DNA of 64,000 nucleotides from the human T2T-CHM13v2.0 reference genome, Homo sapiens: NCBI GenBank assembly GCA_009914755.4, contig CP086569.2, positions 26,848,001 to 26,912,000 of the forward strand, read 5' to 3'. Shown piece by piece: positions 31,901 to 47,280 of this stretch (position 1 is its first letter; each line of letters starts with the position of its first letter). The notes under the pieces were generated by a model. It saw only the letters and a program-made list of their open reading frames with translations, ran no database searches and was not told where the DNA came from. The position numbers and the translations under genes were made by a program.

Positions 31901-32036
31901 ATGCATGAAGCTGGAAACCATCATTCTCAGCAAACTATCACAAGGAGAAATACCCAAACACCACATATTCTCACTCATAGGTGGGAACTGAACGATGAGA
32001 ACACAGGGACACAGGAAGAGGAAAATGACACACATT
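28969..32036 (+). mobile_element. L1 (plus): 5' UTR, ORF1 (ATG 29991, stop 31077, frameshifted), ORF2 start (ATG 31141) joined by an internal deletion to the ORF2 C-terminus and 3' UTR; 3' end truncated with no poly-A
   Basis: L1 5' UTR from 28969 'ggagccaagatggccaaataggaacag'. ORF1 pieces 30158..30358, 30517..30828, 30880..31077. At ~31160-31190 the ORF2 start region runs directly into '...aaaatggacaaatgggatctaaagaaactaaagagcttctgcacagcaaaagaaactaccatc', which is the ORF2 end. Confidence 0.9.
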
Positions 32037-32706
32037 AAGAAATACACCTCCCTAGCTACAAGTTTCATTTGAATAACTTGATTTCCATAAATAATGCCAA
32101 TGCACTTACACCAGTTAAAATGTACCAATATCTGGATCTCTGACTCATTGAAAAATTACTGAGCCAAGTAAAAACTCCAACAAATATATTTCTCTACATA
32201 CAATTTAGCCCGGAATAACTTGAATTCTATCAATAATGCCAGCCCACATACACCACTTAAAGTCTGCTAATGTCTAGATTTCACATTGTCTGCCTGGTCC
32301 CAAGAATGTGCCTAACTAGCATAGCTTTTCCTTCATATATTAAATAACTTTTTTTTTTTTTTGTATTGAGCAGCAATCTTTTAATCTCAGGGAGAAAGCA
32401 AAGTCTGTCTCTGTAGGGGTTTTGCTTTGTGGATTACTCTCTAGCATTAAGAAGAGAACCTGTACGTCAGGTGCTTATTTGTTTGGATTCTTTTAAAACA
32501 AGAAAGAGCATAAATATATTGAATCCTGGATGTCTACTTTAAAATCATCTATCAAATATCTTTCTTAAACAGTAGAGAGTACTTGACGGTTATTTCTGTT
32601 TAACAGCTTCTGCAAAAGAAGAATTATCTAGCCCCAACTATAATTCTTGAAAACCTGGTATTTGCTTGGCTTCTTTATTACAAGATTCTAGCAACTTTTG
32701 TATCAT

Positions 32707-32718
32707 AAGACACATTCA
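32707..32718. repeat. Target-site duplication (left copy) 'aagacacattca' of the twin-primed L1
   Basis: Identical 12-mer at 33537-33548. Confidence 0.85.
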
Positions 32719-33536
32719 TTTTCTTAATCCAGTCTATCATTGTTGGACATTTGGGTTGGTTCCAAGTCTTTGCTATTGTGAATAATGCCGCAATAAACAT
32801 ACGTGTACATGTGTCTTTATAGCAGCATGATTTATAGTCCTTTGGGTATATACCCAGTAATGGGATGGCTGGGTCAAATGGTATTTCCAGTTCTAGATCC
32901 CTGAGGAATCGCCACACTGACTTCCACAATGGTTGAACTAGTTTACAGTCCCACCAACAGTGTAAAAGTGTTCCTATTTCTCCACATCCTTTCCAGCACC
33001 TGTTGTTTCCTGACTTTTTAATGATTGTCATTCTAACTGGTGTGAGATGGTATCTCATTGTGGTTTAGATTTGCATTTCTCTGATGGCCAGTGATGATGA
33101 GCATTTTTTCATGTGTTTTTTGGCTGCATATGGCACATATACACCATGGAATACTATGCAGCCATAAAAAATGATGAGTTCATGTCCTTTGTAGGGACAT
33201 GGATGAAATTGGAAATCATCATTCTCAGTAAACTATCACAAGAACAAAAAACCAAACACTGCATATTCTCACTCATAGGTGGGAATTGAACAATGAGATC
33301 ACATGGACACACGAAGGGGAATATCACACTCTGGGGGCTGTTGAGGGGTGGGGCGAGTGGGGAGGGATAGCATTGGGAGATATACCTAACGCTAGATGAC
33401 GAGTTAGTGGGTGCAGCGCACCAGCATGGCACATGTATACGTATGTAACTAACCTGCACAATGTGCACATGTACCCTAAAACTTAAAGTATAATAATAAA
33501 AAAAGAAAAATGTTCACACACACACACACACACAAA
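32719..33536 (+). mobile_element. L1 insertion with 5' inversion (twin priming): inverted segment 32719-33130 (minus strand, ORF2 C-terminus) plus direct segment 33131-33512 (3' end and poly-A), followed by a (CA)n tail 33516-33535
   Basis: The inverted segment starts at the reverse complement of 'ggattaagaaaa' and the direct segment starts at 'tggcacatatacacc', which are adjacent in L1 coordinates. Minus ORF 32678..33058 is L1 ORF2. A 12-bp target-site duplication flanks the whole insertion. Confidence 0.9.
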
Positions 33537-35689
33537 AAGACACATTCAGTATCTGTCTTATAAAAACGTTATGCATAATGTGTATGCATAATGTGGTGTG
33601 CCAATATACATATGTTGATGTGTATTGTGTATGCCTTCCAGCTGTAGTGAAATTTAGCTCTTCACCAATCATCAGTGACTGAATTTTCTTTCTTGGGACC
33701 CCAGAAACTTAGACTGTCTACAGTTTCATTTGCTATATTAGCGTTGCACAGAAATTATTAAAATGTAATGAGAAAGAAAAGGGGAGAAATATAAACTCTA
33801 TGGTTTAGCTTCTAATCATAAATCAACATAATTGACTTCACCCCATTTATCTCAACTTGAACAACCAAATTTTTCAAAAGCTTCTTAACATCTCTGATTT
33901 ATAAAAAACACAGATTGGGTTAAGAAACCTTGAAAATATAATATCAGAAAGTTCTACATGTACGCCTTTCTTTACAATTTTCAGAAGATATAGTCCAACG
34001 CTATCAATTTTTTATAGGCACCTGAGACTCTAGATATTAAAATACTTAGATTTTAGAATATTTATCTTCATTTCTAGCATCTAACCACTAGATGCTAAAA
34101 GCAACCTTAAGAATTCCACTCCCAGTCATGAATCAGGCTTAGAGTAAAATCTATTGATCTATAGAAAACCCTAGAAAATCACAAGGAATGTGTGTCAGCT
34201 CCATGAGCTCATCAATAATTGTTCCCCTTCCACACTATGCTTCAGCCACGGTGATCTTGCCATTTTTCCTAACACGATAAGCAGGCTTATGCCAGGAGTC
34301 TTTACACTTTTTGATCCTACTGCATAATTACAGGCTTATTCTCTTGTTCTTTCATTTAGGTATTGACAGTCTCCATGTAAGCAAATTATTTTATAAGTTT
34401 TTTATATACAACCAAAACGTACTTGGTAATATAGAATCCTGCCTAATGTATTTTATATGGAATTGATAACCTCACTTAAGAACAAAGCAAAAGCAAAACA
34501 AAGCCGGCTTTATACTATTACCACCTAATATTCAGGAATCCAAATTAGTAGATTGACTTATTTTACTCAACGTTAGTAACAGGTAAAATTATAAATCTTC
34601 TAAATATAAATAAACTCATGTGAAAATACAATTATCGCTTCATAAATAACAAGTAATTAAAAAAATTGTCTAGACCTTGGAAACCAATAATTATTTATAT
34701 CAACCAATCAAAGAGTTAATCAAGAAAGACAAGTTGAAACCGCTGGGAAATTTTTTGCGGTCTTTGCATTCAACCATCCAGGCACAGATGACGTTTCAAA
34801 AGTTAAATTCCACATTCGCAAAGTGAGGCTGGGATTTCTGATCTAGGAAGGTGTGAAGAATAATGTCTGTGCTAATTTATTGAGTTTGTTCTACCCTTTA
34901 GGGGTTACATAAATTATTGATGAGGCACACTTATCTCTGTTTTGTCTGATGCAGAACTGATTTATAGTTAAAAATGTTAAGCACAGGTAACTAACATTTA
35001 AGTCCTGGGAGCAAAGGATACCGTTGATGTATAAAATAGACAACGTGTAAAATAAAGTAAAAGATGAATAGATCTTTATTTCAAAAAAAATCTTGACTTT
35101 CAAAAGTATTAAAATAACCTGAGGTATTTAAAAACTTAGTTACATAAACATAACAGAAGATATTTTCAAAAATGCGCAAAACTCTAAGCATTAATTCAGA
35201 AAATTAGCTATAATTTTAATGTGAGAAGAAAGTGAAGGCTAACGCAGAATTTTAAGCTATCTCCCTACATGATAAAGGGGAGTGTTAATACAGACCCAAT
35301 TTTAAAAATTGATATTTTTATATTACACTCTGTCAAAACGCTGTTGGAATTCCAGCTAAGCCTTAAACAACAAAGGGCACATCTTGAATAAATAAAGAAT
35401 ACCTGACTATCAGAGTTAACATGTTATAATATTTTAAATATAGCATTCTAAAAAATAAAAGCACAAAAAATCCCACAAATTTATGGCTAATGTGAAGTAA
35501 AAACACAAACTGAAACTGTCCTAAACTTTTTAGACAAAAACTTTAAACCTGCAGTTTTAAGTATGAACAAATAAAAAATGACAGATGAAAGATAAAAGAT
35601 CAACATGGGAATATCAGTGAGATTGGAACAGGAATTAAAAGAAATTAAAGAATGTGTAAGCAGAAACTCAGTTGTATGTAAGAAAACCA

Positions 35690-36560
35690 ATCACCCCTTA
35701 TTCAGCCTGTGACCCAGGAAATAATCAGCTATATGTATGTTATGACCCTAAGTGCTTACCCTGTGAATTCTGGTTTGAGGTACATATTAAATCAGAGGGA
35801 GAAAAAGAAGGAGAGTTTATAGGTCAACATGAAGAAGCCCCTCCCTCCTATAAAGGGCCTATTCTCTTGTACTTTGATGCCTGCCAGGCTGGGGATGATC
35901 ATAATCTTAAAACAAAACAAAACAAAACAGAAACAGAAGCAGTCCGCGGTGGTTTGACACAAGAAAGGTTTAACAGCAGCAGTCTCAAATATCTAGATGG
36001 AGACCACAAATCGGATACCCAGACTGTAACATTCAGTGATCTATACTAACACAGCTCCTTAAAGCCAGAGCTACCTTTTTGGTCTAAAGGATGCACAGCA
36101 CTATTACAAGTTGATAGACAAGGAGCTGGCTCTGGAATTCTGCTACTAACTGTCAAAAAGGCTAGAAGTAAGCATTTTGATCAGTCAATGCCTGAGCTTT
36201 CCCCATCAACCAAAAATGTGTTTGTTCAACTAGCTGAAAACATAGCTGGCGGCTGAGGAATTTCCTCATGCTATGTAAGTGTAGGAACTAATACGGGGGA
36301 CCAGTGGCCATGGGGGGGCAAAGGAATTAATGCCACAAGATAACTTCACTTCGCCAAACCCTACCAATAAAGCCAGCAGTCTCAGCCAGTGTTTGCTTGT
36401 TGCAAATCTCCATAATTGGAAAGTCTTGTATTGCCTGATGGGAAAAGGCAGAATGCTTAAAAGGTAACTTAACTCTTTGTTCAGGGCTCAGTCCTTCAGA
36501 GGTTAATCTGAGTGGGCCGGTGCATCTACATAATAAGTATCCTCCTCAACCCCATCGGTC
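35690..36560 (+). mobile_element. Isolated ERV env (SU) fragment of the ERV1/ERV2 family, plus orientation
   Basis: ORF 35672..36049(+) 'YSACDPGNNQLYVCYDPK' versus ERV1 SU 'NYSVCDPGNG'. Nucleotide similarity to the reverse complement of ERV1 ~6150 going leftward. Confidence 0.55.
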
Positions 36561-37229
36561 CCTCTGACTCCTTAAAAAAGTCCTTCCAGAAGACAAATTA
36601 AAAAAGAAAACCTGAAAAATCTAGAGATAAGAAGCACAATTACTTGGATTAAAAAAAAACTATTAAATAACTTTAACAACAGATTGAGCTTCAGTAAATC
36701 TGAAGACATAAAAATTGAAACAGCCTAAAATGAGAGCAAATATCTTTGTGTCTTGTCAATGAAAATACTTTAAAATTTCCTATTCTGGAGTGTTCTGAAG
36801 AAGAAATAAGAAACCACTTGAAAAGAAAGGTTGGTGGAAATTTTACAGAAGTGCTGATTTTTCACCAACTGTTTCCTGTTCTACTTTCCAGCCCCTTTGT
36901 ATCTCCATCTTATAAATTGGGCAAATAATATTTTTCTTTCAGAATAGTGTTAAAAACTCAGGTGAAATGGCTATTGAAGAGCTAATACTGGAAGACCAGG
37001 TTAGAGTAAGAAAAGAGTTATTGGTCCTTCAAACTTCAGAGGGATATGACACATGTACTGTAAAACAGGAGCTAATCTTATTCTAAAGAGTTCTTAGCTT
37101 TGGCACTAACACTATTGCTCATGGCCTTATAAATGTTTGTTATCAAATCTATCTAATTAAACCCTGTATGTGGTGTCTTTGAGTAATCATCTTGATTTTT
37201 TTCTTGACCTATTTTCTCTTAAAAGGTTT

Positions 37230-37842
37230 TTTTTAACTCAGAAAGGGCAACATCATTAATCAGTAGAGAAATACAAATCAGAATCACAATGAGATACCAC
37301 CTCAGGCCTGTCAGAATGGTGACTATTAAAACGTCAAGAAATAACAGATGCTGGAAAGTCTGTGGAGAGACAGGAAGACTTCTAAACTGTTGGTGGGAAA
37401 GTAAATTAGTGTCCACACTGTGGAAGACAGCGTGGTAATTTGTTCAAGGATCTAGAAACAACATTGACCGAGCAATGTCATTACTGGCTATCTACCCCCA
37501 AAATACAAATGTTTCATATTTGAAAGATACCTGCACGTGTATGTTTATTGCAGTACAATTAACAGCAGCAAACACATAGAATCAACTCAAATGCCGACTT
37601 TACTCAGAGAACATTATCAACTAGATACATAAAATGTAGTACATATACACAATGAAATACTTTGCAGCTTCAAAAAGCAATTAGATCATGTCTCTTGCAA
37701 GGACATGGATAAAGATGGAACCATCATCCTCAGCAAAGTAACACAGGAACAGAAAACCAAACACTACATTTCCTCACTCATGAGTCAGAGCTGAACACTG
37801 AGAACACCTGACACAGAAAAAGAAACCACACTGGGGGTGGAG
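37230..37842 (+). mobile_element. Older L1 3' fragment (plus), cut by the younger L1 at 37843
   Basis: Diverged L1 ORF2 end and 3' UTR: '...atgagataccacctcag...ctggaaagtctgtggagagacaggaa...ctgttggtgggaaagtaaattagt...'. Confidence 0.75.
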
Positions 37843-41041
<3,199 letters not shown>

Positions 41042-41208
41042 AAAAATACAAAAATTAGTCAAGCATGGTGGTGTGTGTGTAGTCCCAGCTATTCAGGAGG
41101 CTGAGGCAGGAGAATTCCTTCATCCCAGGAGGCACTGGCTGCGGTAAGGTGAGACTGCACCCCAGCCTGGGTGACAGAGCAAGACTCTGTCTCAAAAAAA
41201 GATAAAAA
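41042..41208 (+). mobile_element. Alu right half (plus), continuing exactly from the break point of the left half at 28968
   Basis: 'aaaaatacaaaaattagtcaagcatggtggtg...ctgaggcaggagaat...gagactgcaccccagcctgggtgacagagcaagactctgtctcaaaaaaa'. Confidence 0.85.
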
Positions 41209-41223
41209 CTTTGGAAATATGAC

Positions 41224-44200
41224 TGGTGTTGATGGAAACAGAGTATGAGTGAGGCTGATATGGGGAAACAGGAGGATTTATTTAGGTGCACCAGCTCAGT
41301 GAGCTTATATCCAAAAAGGCTGAGTATTGAATAAAGACTGAGCAGGGTTTTTATGAGCAAACTTACAGAAGCAGACCTAAAGCAACTAATTATACAATGA
41401 ACAGTTATGTAATTTACAGCATAATTGTTGACTTGCATAACTTCTTGCCTTGCATAGCTGGGTTTTGCAGCTAGGTTGAAAGAGAAACAGGAACATACAG
41501 ATTTTACGAAATACAAGCATTGGTAAACATAGTCATAATTAATGCTTCAGAGAAGGAGAGACAGTAAAGTAATTTGCTTTCCTTTTGAACTTTGCTTCAG
41601 TGTAGGGTATTTGTGACCCATTCCCTTGGCCTCAACTTTTTAGACAGTGTTATTTTATAACTGTCTTGGAGTGAGATAGCTACACAGAGAAAAACATGTT
41701 TTCTTTTCATTTGAACCCTTGTCTTGCCAAATTTTTCTGTTTTTTTAAAAAATCATTTTATAGGATAAATTTAATCGAAGGCATTAGTATCATTTTATTC
41801 TTTATGGGAAAGCATGTTTTCTTCTTTTGGCACAGGTTGACATTTAGTTAGAGCTATTAACTGAGTAGCAGTGGGCCTGGCTATGTTGTTTTGGGGCTAT
41901 GTAGTATGAGTAGAGGGTGGGCATCATTTTTTGGGTGCTTTTTTATATCAAGGTTATGTGGGGAAAGTGTTAGCTTTCCTGTTTCTTTTGGCTTTTGACT
42001 TCCCTGCCTTTTGGTGTTCCAGATAATGCACTATTGCCACTTTTTCTGGAGCATATACAGCTGCTAAGAGCTGTAGGATTTTTTCTGTCCACTTTATTTA
42101 TTTGCCTCCAGTTGTTAAGAAATTTTCTTTTTATATATAGTTCTATGAACATGTAGTGTGGTAAAAGCATATTTAGAATGTGTTTAAATATTGACCTTTT
42201 TTTCTTTTGCAGCAAAAGGGCTCTTGTTCGGTCTATTAATTTTGCCTTTTGGTCTCATGTTCCAGTAGGCAAAGATTGAGCTTCTATCATTGAGTTTAAT
42301 GTTACCACTGCATACTCGGCTTGTTGGATTTTTTTCTAGCTCAAAACTCTTTCAGTTATGAAGTATTCAACATCTGGGTTTTTGAGGGATTGATCTGTAA
42401 GATCTCCTGGTTCAGCAAATACGTGATCCACTGTTTAGACACAGTTATGGAGGGGAGCATCAAATTTGACTGGGAGCAGGGTGGTTGGGCTTAAGTTGTT
42501 TGCTGTATTTTAAGTAATGTAAGGGTTTTCATATAGAAGTCCTTGGTACTGCGTTATTCTCAGATTTGACAACTAATGATGGCTTATTTGTTCATCAAAG
42601 TTTTGACTGAGTGTGGCACATGGACTGTTAGCTGCTGTCTCAAAGTAAGTGTGTTATCCTCTTGCATTAGCAAGGCAGTGGTGGCTAATGCCTTAAGGCA
42701 AGGAGGCCATCCTAGTGCCACAGAGTCTAATTGTTTAGATTAGTATTTGACTGGACAATGCTATAATTTTATAATTTCAGTTAAGAACCACATAGCCATT
42801 TCTTTTCATTTATGCAGGTACAGAAAGAAAGGCTAAGTTACATTTGGCAGACCAAAGGCTGGGACTTGAGTTAAGGGTTTTTTTGATTTTTTTAAATGAT
42901 ATTTGCTGTTTAGTTTGCCAGAGGAGGGTTTCGTTTTTACCCCTTTTGTAATATTATATAATGGCTTAGCCATCAGTGAAAAATTTATGATTTAGATATG
43001 GTGGAATTTTTCTTCTTTTAAGAATTTTTTAATGTAATGCCTAGTGGTTTGTGTCAGGAGTGTACAAACGGCCTGTTTCTGCTTATGGCCAAGCTGGCAT
43101 TCCACATGGCTTACTATGAAACCTACATATTTGACATTTTTAAGAATAATTGGTCCTTTTTTAAAAGATAATTTTAGCCTGTTTTTCATAGGAGATGGAG
43201 GAGGTCTTGAGTTTTTTGATAACAGTCCTCCTGGGTTGGGGCTGCTAGAGGAAGGTCATCCACATACTGCAACAAGGCACAGTTAACATTTGGCAGGTTG
43301 TAGGCTTCAAGGTCAGTGCTTCCCTAAAGACTGTAGGAGAGTCTTTGAACTTGCGGGAGCCTGGCCCAGGTGAGTTGAACAACTTATTTGTTTTATTGAA
43401 ATGCAAATATAGGGTGACTAACTGGGGCTAAGCAGATATAAAAGAATACATTCTTTAAATTTAGGACTGCAAATCAGGTAGCACTTGCTGGAATGAGATT
43501 TATTAAAATACACATGTTCCAAAAGTGGAGTGTTTTAGAGCAATTGACATCGAACTAAGACTTCATGTTGGTAAGGCCAGTTTAAATATTTATAGATACC
43601 TGGAATAGCTTCTCAGGGGACTGGGTACTGATGAACCCAAATCGGAGTTTCTTTTGGTTTTAACATGACTACCACCTGTGCATGATGTACAGCTAATCCA
43701 AGTAGGTTGCCTTTAACCCATACTCCAGAAATGTTATTAACTAAGTGAAATAATTTTTTTTTATCCCACCTGCAATTCTAATTTGCTGCTTGCACTTTCT
43801 TTGTATAAAGTTTCCATTCCTTAGCCTGCAGGATGATAAGGGTTAGCACCATGCTTTTTTGGAGAGTCAGAAAAAAAGTTGTTTTTTTTTTTTTTGCAGC
43901 TGAAATGTAATTGGTGCTTTCAGTTTTTGGAGTAATTTTTTTTTTTCTTAACAAGGGAACTGGACAATTCAGGAGGTATAGGAATTTATGTTGAACTTCC
44001 CATCCTTTGATGACACACCTCCTTACCAGAACAGCTTTTTTCTCTGAGATTCCTGTGGCTTTTATAATAGTTTTATAGCTTCAGATAGTGGCCCTATGGG
44101 TTGAGTCAGTATTGAATGTGTAGCCCTGGTGTTTACATAAAGTCCATCAGCTGGCCTTCAACTTTTAATGTGACCATGGGCCAATGGAGTTGTAATAAGA

Positions 44201-46814
44201 AAAAGCCTGGTCTGTCCTAGTACCCATATCCTTTAGTGCCAGCCAGCCTGTTTAGATTCGTATTTGATTTTCCCACAGTGAGGCAGCCCTTAGCTGGACT
44301 CTTTTATACCACAGTCCTGATTATACTTTTTATTACCTTCTGGACATTTATTCTTTCAGTATTTTTCTTTTGCATCACACACATTGTTTTCTCTCTAGCC
44401 TCGGCTGGCTTTTAAATTTTTGACTAAATTGACATCTTTCACATGCACGTGCACATCCACATTCTTGTATATTGCTAGTCATTTTTTTAATGAGAGCTGC
44501 TGCTAAGAGATTGGCCTTTTTTAAACCTCTGATTTGCTTTTTTTTTTTTTCTTTGCTTCCTGGTGATGGTTAACCTACATTTTGGTGGCCATTTCTGTAA
44601 GCTGGGTTGTATTCGTGCCTGCAAAACCATGTACTTTTTGCAGCTGGTGCATTGGCTTCTAGCCCTTGATGGGATGCCTGAGTTATCCTCTGGCACTCCT
44701 CCATGTTGAACAATGTTAAGATAAGTTATCTTCAATTTAGCCAGGTTGGATTGTGTGTTAGAAAGGTGGACTGTGTTAGATTTATGAGAGCTTGGGGCTT
44801 TTCCTTGTAGGAGTTAGTGTGTTGATTTACATTTAGGAGATTAGTGGTTGAAAAGGGCTGATAGAGGAAGGTTTGCTGCCCCCCACACCAGGATGTGGCA
44901 CTGGTCATTATAACAGATGAGTCCTTGCATTTCCCTGAGAGGTATTTACATAGCTTGACCATGATCAGATTTGAGGCAGCCTGGTTCACTATCCTGAATT
45001 CCATCACTGGCCTCTCAAGGCTCCAATTCTTCCCTCTGGGGTGAAACCTGGGGTGTACTGGCAATGGAACCTAGCTCCTGGGGGGCTGTTTGCCTCAGCA
45101 AAGGGAGGTAGGCTATGAAAAATGGAGGAGAATTTTTTTTTCCTTTTGTAGTTTTTTAAAACTGGGTTTCCTTTCTGTCCTTGGGACTTTCCTTTTAACT
45201 CAGTGTTTGCTGGTGAAGCTGCTTCTATTTTCACTTTTGGCTCGGCCTGCGCTACAAGTGTTTTGCAATAAGCTGTGAAGCAGGGCTGGATTCATGTTGT
45301 TCTTGTTTGTATTATATTTAATTATGAGTTAATATAAGAAAATTGGTCTGGGTACCCTGGCTATACTCAGACCCCTGTCATTACCTCAAACTCATGACCA
45401 ATTCTTTCTATGTGTATAGTTTTTTGGGTCACCTATTTAATACCAAAAGGGGGCCATTTTAGTTTACAGAGAGCTTTTTACCTTTGCAGGGTTAGCTTAA
45501 TTTTATAGTTTCCTGTAAACCCTTTCTTAAAGTTTTTTTTAGCATATATTTGAATGATGTATATTGTGACAACTCTCTTCCCATTTCTTTTCAGTTATGA
45601 TGCAGTGTACTCGTGCTCACTTTTTACCTTTGTTTCCAGCCAGTTAGACCATCTCCTATTATGGGGGTTTTTAGATACTACTTAGCTTTGGAGAGTTTCT
45701 TAAGCCCAACACAATTGCTGAAGTTGTGGGGTAGCTTCTTTTAGCCATATGTGGATCACCACTAGTCTTGATCAGCCCCACACTTGGCTTGGAACACATT
45801 CTTCACTAAGAGACTTGTGGTTCCTCACTTTATGGCCGATTAGCCTAGTTAGGCCTCACCACTCACACATCATCCTTCTACCAGTTCTCATGTTCCTGGT
45901 TGGGGTGGCGAGTCACTTTCACCACCTCCAGTTTCCTTCTGAGCTGATTTAGTGAGCCACTGTCACATGCTGTGTTGGTTGAGGTGTAAGTTTCTTCTGA
46001 ATTGGTGAACCACTCTTGCGGCCTGCAGCACCTCTGGGTTGGATTACCGGTTATAACCTAGGAGGTGATTAGGCTCCCTTTTGGTCCTTGTGGGATGTGT
46101 CCTGCCTTGGGTCCCAATACCTTACTGTGGTTTCTGAAGTGAGCTGTTCCTGGAATCGTCCTATAACCCATTAGGTACCATTGCACTGCTTGGTAGGGGC
46201 ACGAGGTCACAAAATGGCTGATCTCCCCTCCAGGCTGAAGTTCTCCCAGTGGTGCTCCTTGGGTCACAGGACTCCTGAGACCCAGGGCTTAAGCCCCAGG
46301 GGCAAAGGAGACAGGAAACCTGTCATCTCCACTCCTGGCTGACTGGCCAATAATGCTGTGGGAAGCAGAGGACCACAGAGATTAATATGGGGAAATAGGA
46401 GGATGTATTTAGGTGCCCTGGCTCAGCAGACTTATATCCAAAAATGCTGAGCATTGAACAAAGACTGAGGGGGATATTTGTAAGCCAAATTACAAAAGCA
46501 GAACTACAGAAGCTAATTTGACAATGACAGGTTACATAATTTATAGCATAACTGTTGAGTTAGCATAACTTTAGCCTTGCATAGCTTGTAGCCTTGTAGC
46601 TGCATTGAAAAGACAAAAAAAAAAACAGTAAGCTTCAAATCTTACTAAATACAAGCATTGGGAAACATAGTCATAATTAATGTTTCAGAGAAGAAGAGAC
46701 GTTATAGATATTTATTTTTCTTTTCTTTTCAGTGCAGACACTGAAGCTTGAGCCTGGAATTGTGGAGCCAGTTCTCTCTGCTGTGGGGCCCATGTATGGG
46801 TAGAAGTCTCCTCA
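41224..46814 (-). mobile_element. ERV2: provirus of the same family as ERV1, minus orientation; LTRs 41224-41686 (463 bp) and 46354-46814 (461 bp); 4-bp target-site duplication TGAC at 41220-41223 and 46815-46818; internal gag-pro-pol with integrase and env deleted
   Basis: LTR starts 'tggtgttgatgg...' / 'tgctgtgggaag...' and ends '...ctacaca' / '...tctcctca'. Internal homology to ERV1: 41960+ ≈ 7640+ (RNase H/integrase junction), 44080-44170 ≈ 9895-9990 (protease), 45620-46350 ≈ 11760-12410 (leader). Minus ORFs 41970..42215, 42992..43189, 44487..44735, 44732..45064. Confidence 0.85.
46332..46349 (-). promoter_or_regulatory. ERV2 primer-binding site (read on + strand as 'ctcctggctgactggcca'), tRNA-Arg
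   Basis: Matches 16/18 to the tRNA-Arg 3' end '...ctcctggctggctcgcca' as I remember it. Followed by the spacer 'ataa' and the LTR start at 46354. Confidence 0.6.
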
Positions 46815-46949
46815 TGACTCAAATCACAGCCTTGGTAACCCACTAGTCCAGTTCCTAAAAACACCCACTCCTTAGTGTTTCAAGAATCATGCTCTAGAGT
46901 CCACTGCCACATTTGAATTTATTGCAATGTTATGGAAATGAGAATTTTA

Positions 46950-47280
<331 letters not shown>

